Source: Flavobacteriaceae bacterium (lineage in GTDB: Bacteria; Bacteroidota; Bacteroidia; Flavobacteriales; Flavobacteriaceae). Taken from it: 32,000 nt of DNA. The first letter of the stretch is position 1. The number at the start of each line of letters is the position of its first letter. The stretch covers positions 4,590,001 to 4,622,000 of the forward strand of contig OZ245049.1 in assembly GCA_965224465.1 (NCBI GenBank), in the 5' to 3' direction. Below are positions 29,464 through 32,000 of the stretch, one piece after another. A model generated the notes under the pieces. That model saw only the letters and a program-made list of their open reading frames with translations. It did no database searches and was not told the origin of the DNA. A program made the translations under genes and the position numbers.

Positions 29464-29471
29464 TATATTTG
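29464..29471 (+). promoter_or_regulatory. Candidate -7 box TATATTTG upstream of rpsU
   Basis: Matches TAnnTTTG, 43 nt before ATG 29514. Confidence 0.4.
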
Positions 29472-29513
29472 CAGCCAATTTAAAAGGAAGATTTTGAGAG
29501 GAGGTGATACATT

Positions 29514-29711
29514 ATGTTAATTATTCCAGTAAAAGACGGTGAAAACATCGATAGAGCGTTAAAACGTTACAAACGAAAATTCGATCGTACGAAAACTATG
29601 AGAAACTTACGTTCACGTAAGCAATTCAACAAACCATCAGTTGTAAAACGTGCAAGAAATATAAAAGCTTCATACGTTCAGAAATTAAGAACTGCAGAAG
29701 AACAAGGATAA
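29514..29711 (+). CDS. rpsU: 30S ribosomal protein S21
   Basis: 65 aa, basic. IDRALKRYKRKFDRTKTMRNLRSRKQFNKPS. Confidence 0.9.
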   Translation: MLIIPVKDGENIDRALKRYKRKFDRTKTMRNLRSRKQFNKPSVVKRARNIKASYVQKLRTAEEQG

Positions 29712-29736
29712 ATAGATCCTTACACAGTATAGAAAA

Positions 29737-29770
29737 CCATTAGTAATTTGAAAAGCTAATGGTTTTTTTT
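29737..29770 (+). terminator. Rho-independent terminator after rpsU
   Basis: CCATTAG-N12-CTAATGG followed by T8. Confidence 0.7.
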
Positions 29771-29794
29771 ATATTTATACTTTAAATAAATATT

Positions 29795-30694
29795 ATGGCG
29801 ATTCGTGCATTTTTAGAGTATTTGAGTTTTGAGAAAAATTACGCTTCCAATACAATTACAGCGTATCAAAATGATCTTGAGGTGTATCGAGATTTTTGTG
29901 CCTTAACATTTGAAAGGAAAGGGATAGAAGATGTGAGTTATGTAGAAATACGGACATGGATCGGAAGTTTAGTAGAAGAAGGCCTGTCTAATGCTTCTAT
30001 CAATCGAAAAGTAAGTACCTTAAAATCTTATTATAAATTTTTACAACGGATAGAGCGCTTGGAAGTTTCTCCATTGGTGAGTCATAAGAGTTTAAAAATG
30101 AGCAAGCGATTGCATTTTCCTTTTTCAGAAAAAGAGATTGCCGAAGTAATGTCTGCTTTTGATACCTGTACAGATTTTGAATCTATTCGAGATAAATGTA
30201 TGATTGAGCTCTTGTATGCAACAGGAATTCGTAGGTTTGAATTGATAGATCTGAAGTATAAAGACGTAGATCTTGTTAAAAAAACGATAAAGGTTTTAGG
30301 GAAGCGAAATAAGGAACGTTTTATACCGTTATTAGAGCCAGTACTTGCTACGATGCGGGTGTACATAGAGCATAGAGCTTTAATAATAACAAGTGAGTCT
30401 TGTTTTTTTTTAACTGTAAAAGGTAAAAAATTGTATGGTACATTTGTTTATCGGGTAATAAAGAAGTACTTTAGAGCGGTATCTTCGAAGGAAAAAACAA
30501 GTCCGCATGTGCTGCGTCATTCGTTCGCAACGCACTTGTTAAATGAAGGTGCTGATTTAAACTCGGTTAAGGAATTATTGGGACATTCGAGTTTGGCATC
30601 CACTCAAGTTTATACAAAAACAAACTTGAAAAAAATGAAAGAAGTGTATAACAATGCCCATCCAAGGGGCGCTAAAAAAAAAGAAGGATTATGA
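29795..30694 (+). CDS. XerC/XerD-like tyrosine site-specific recombinase
   Basis: N-terminal SAM-like core-binding domain. Catalytic C-terminus with ATGIRRFEL, HVLRHSFATHLL and LLGHSSLASTQVYT. Confidence 0.85.
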   Translation: MAIRAFLEYLSFEKNYASNTITAYQNDLEVYRDFCALTFERKGIEDVSYVEIRTWIGSLVEEGLSNASINRKVSTLKSYYKFLQRIERLEVSPLVSHKSLKMSKRLHFPFSEKEIAEVMSAFDTCTDFESIRDKCMIELLYATGIRRFELIDLKYKDVDLVKKTIKVLGKRNKERFIPLLEPVLATMRVYIEHRALIITSESCFFLTVKGKKLYGTFVYRVIKKYFRAVSSKEKTSPHVLRHSFATHLLNEGADLNSVKELLGHSSLASTQVYTKTNLKKMKEVYNNAHPRGAKKKEGL

Positions 30695-30990
30695 AAGTAT
30701 TTGTACAATCAGTGAATTTTACCGCAGACAAAGAATTAGTACTTTATGTCGAAAAGAAAATAAATAGTCTAGAAAAATATTTTGATAGAATTGTAGATAC
30801 AGAGGTGTTTTTAAAAGTGCAACAGACAAGTGAAAAAGAGAATAAAACAGTAGAGATTAAAGTAAATATACCTGGAAATGAAATTGTTGTAAGTAAGCAA
30901 GCGAAAACTTTTGAAGAAGGAGCGAGTCTTGCTGTAGATGTATTAAGACGTCAATTGACAAAGATTAAAGAAAAACAACGAACATCCTAA
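30691..30990 (+). CDS. hpf: Ribosome hibernation-promoting factor (HPF/YfiA/RaiA family)
   Basis: 99 aa of the short HPF type. It overlaps the recombinase stop by 4 nt (ATGA). The rpsU-recombinase-hpf order is common in Bacteroidota. Confidence 0.75.
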   Translation: MKVFVQSVNFTADKELVLYVEKKINSLEKYFDRIVDTEVFLKVQQTSEKENKTVEIKVNIPGNEIVVSKQAKTFEEGASLAVDVLRRQLTKIKEKQRTS

Positions 30991-31022
30991 GAAAAAAAAT
31001 AATGATTTTTATCGCTAAAAAT

Positions 31023-31053
31023 TTTGTTTAGCTAATTAACTTTTATACATTTG
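31023..31053 (+). promoter_or_regulatory. Bacteroidota sigma-A type promoter for the tRNA cluster
   Basis: TTTG (31023-31026), a 19-nt spacer, then TACATTTG (31046-31053). This is an exact match to the -33 TTTG / -7 TAnnTTTG consensus, ~50 nt upstream of the first tRNA. Confidence 0.6.
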
Positions 31054-31103
31054 CAGTCCGTTAGAAAAACAACGGGCTGTAATTGTTTAAAGCACTTACA
31101 AAA

Positions 31104-31177
31104 GCCGATGTAGCTCAGCTGGCTAGAGCAGCTGATTTGTAATCAGCAGGTCGCGGGTTCGAGTCCCTCCATTGGCT
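31104..31177 (+). tRNA. tRNA-Thr (anticodon TGT)
   Basis: Cloverleaf folded by hand: acceptor GCCGATG/CATTGGC, anticodon stem GCTGA/TCAGC with loop TTTGTAA, T-loop GGTTCGAGTCC. Confidence 0.9.
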
Positions 31178-31201
31178 CTGGAATAATAAAGTACTTAGGT
31201 T

Positions 31202-31229
31202 AAAAAAAATGTAGCAATACATTTTTTTT
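31202..31229 (+). terminator. Palindromic A8/T8 hairpin between tRNA-Thr and tRNA-Tyr
   Basis: AAAAAAAATGTA-GCAA-TACATTTTTTTT, a perfect 12-bp stem. Confidence 0.55.
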
Positions 31230-31314
31230 ATGAGTTAGGACGAAATAGCAAACTAAGTAAAATATCGAAGAAAAGTCCTTTCCTAGATGTGTTCATTGAA
31301 AGAAATAATTATAT

Positions 31315-31395
<81 letters not shown>

Positions 31396-31408
31396 CAATT
31401 ATTTTGTG

Positions 31409-31436
31409 TATCTTTGCAAAACTTTTAGTAGATTTG
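31409..31436 (+). promoter_or_regulatory. Two tandem TAnnTTTG boxes (TATCTTTG, TAGATTTG) just upstream of tRNA-Gly
   Basis: Both 8-mers match the -7 consensus and are followed by CAAAA. The second ends 10 nt before the tRNA. Confidence 0.35.
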
Positions 31437-31445
31437 CAAAACAAT

Positions 31446-31518
31446 GCGAAAGTAGCTCAGTTGGTAGAGCGTCAGCCTTCCAAGCTGAATGTCGCCGGTT
31501 CGAACCCGGTCTTTCGCT
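31446..31518 (+). tRNA. tRNA-Gly (anticodon TCC)
   Basis: Acceptor GCGAAAG/CTTTCGC, anticodon stem TCAGC/GCTGA with loop CTTCCAA, T-loop GGTTCGAACCC. Confidence 0.9.
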
Positions 31519-31527
31519 CAAATTATT

Positions 31528-31600
31528 GCCGACATAGCTCAGCTGGTAGAGCGCATCCTTGGTAGGGATGAGGTCATGGGTTCAAATCCCATTGTTGGCT
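31528..31600 (+). tRNA. tRNA-Thr (anticodon GGT)
   Basis: Acceptor GCCGACA/TGTTGGC, anticodon stem CATCC/GGATG with loop TTGGTAG, T-loop GGTTCAAATCC. Confidence 0.9.
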
Positions 31601-31654
31601 CAAATAGTTTAAAAATAGAATAATTATATAACTAAGAATAAAAATTAAATAATC

Positions 31655-32000
31655 ATGGCAAAAGAAACCTTTGATCGTTCGAAACCGCACTTAAACATCG
31701 GTACAATCGGTCACGTTGACCACGGTAAGACTACTTTAACTGCAGCTATTACTGTTGTATTAGCTGAAAAAGGTCTTTCTGAAGTTAAAGATTTTGATCA
31801 AATTGACAACGCTCCTGAGGAGAAAGAAAGAGGTATTACTATTAATACTTCACACGTTGAGTATACAACTGAGAAACGTCACTACGCTCACGTTGACTGT
31901 CCAGGTCACGCGGATTACGTAAAGAACATGGTAACAGGTGCTGCTCAAATGGATGGTGCTATTATTGTTGTTGCTGCAACAGATGGTCCAATGCCTCAAA
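31655..32000 (+). CDS. tuf: Elongation factor Tu, N-terminal part (3' end outside the window)
   Basis: [32 protein letters not shown]...[21 protein letters not shown]. Confidence 0.95.
   Translation, partial: MAKETFDRSKPHLNIGTIGHVDHGKTTLTAAITVVLAEKGLSEVKDFDQIDNAPEEKERGITINTSHVEYTTEKRHYAHVDCPGHADYVKNMVTGAAQMDGAIIVVAATDGPMPQ

Noticed and set aside
29795-30694. The tyrosine recombinase as a dedicated recombinase of the paralog array (by analogy with recombinase-associated immunity arrays)
   Set aside because: It lies ~23 kb from the array. It is embedded in the conserved housekeeping context rpsU - recombinase - hpf - tRNAs - tuf. No repeats related to the array flank it.

Overview
This is an AT-rich chromosomal window that looks like Bacteroidota, probably Flavobacteriia. 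The right two-thirds (about 12.3-32 kb) is ordinary core genome. It holds a four-subunit 2-oxoacid:ferredoxin oxidoreductase operon, a fused E1 alpha/beta 2-oxoacid dehydrogenase, a large secreted hypothetical protein, a LOG-family protein and uvrA. These are followed by a PspC-domain protein, an RCK-type K+ channel, an alanine/glycine:cation symporter, a ComEA-like HhH protein and an acyl-CoA dehydrogenase, then rpsU, a XerC/D-like recombinase, hpf and the conserved tRNA-Thr/Tyr/Gly/Thr-tuf cluster. The left third is accessory and is the interesting part. (i) Region 1-6830 is a same-strand mosaic array of at least six paralogous secreted/lipoprotein genes from two related families (A and B). 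It shows a segmental duplication at a 5,038-nt offset, 11-nt gene spacers, localized hypervariable patches, a (CAA)15 poly-Gln expansion, one premature stop and orphan 3' gene fragments. A 228-aa beta-rich protein without a signal peptide is embedded in the array and abuts one paralog. I read this as a candidate polymorphic immunity/effector or variable-surface cassette locus of unknown function; it runs off the left window edge. (ii) Region 6914-11968 is a module of a small Cys-rich secreted peptide, a GLPGLI-family protein and an outer-membrane receptor with CarboxypepD_reg, plug and beta-barrel regions. The receptor gene is split by a complete IS256-family element with 25-bp imperfect terminal inverted repeats and an 8-bp target duplication GTATTTAT. 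All functional calls come from motifs read by eye; no database search was possible.
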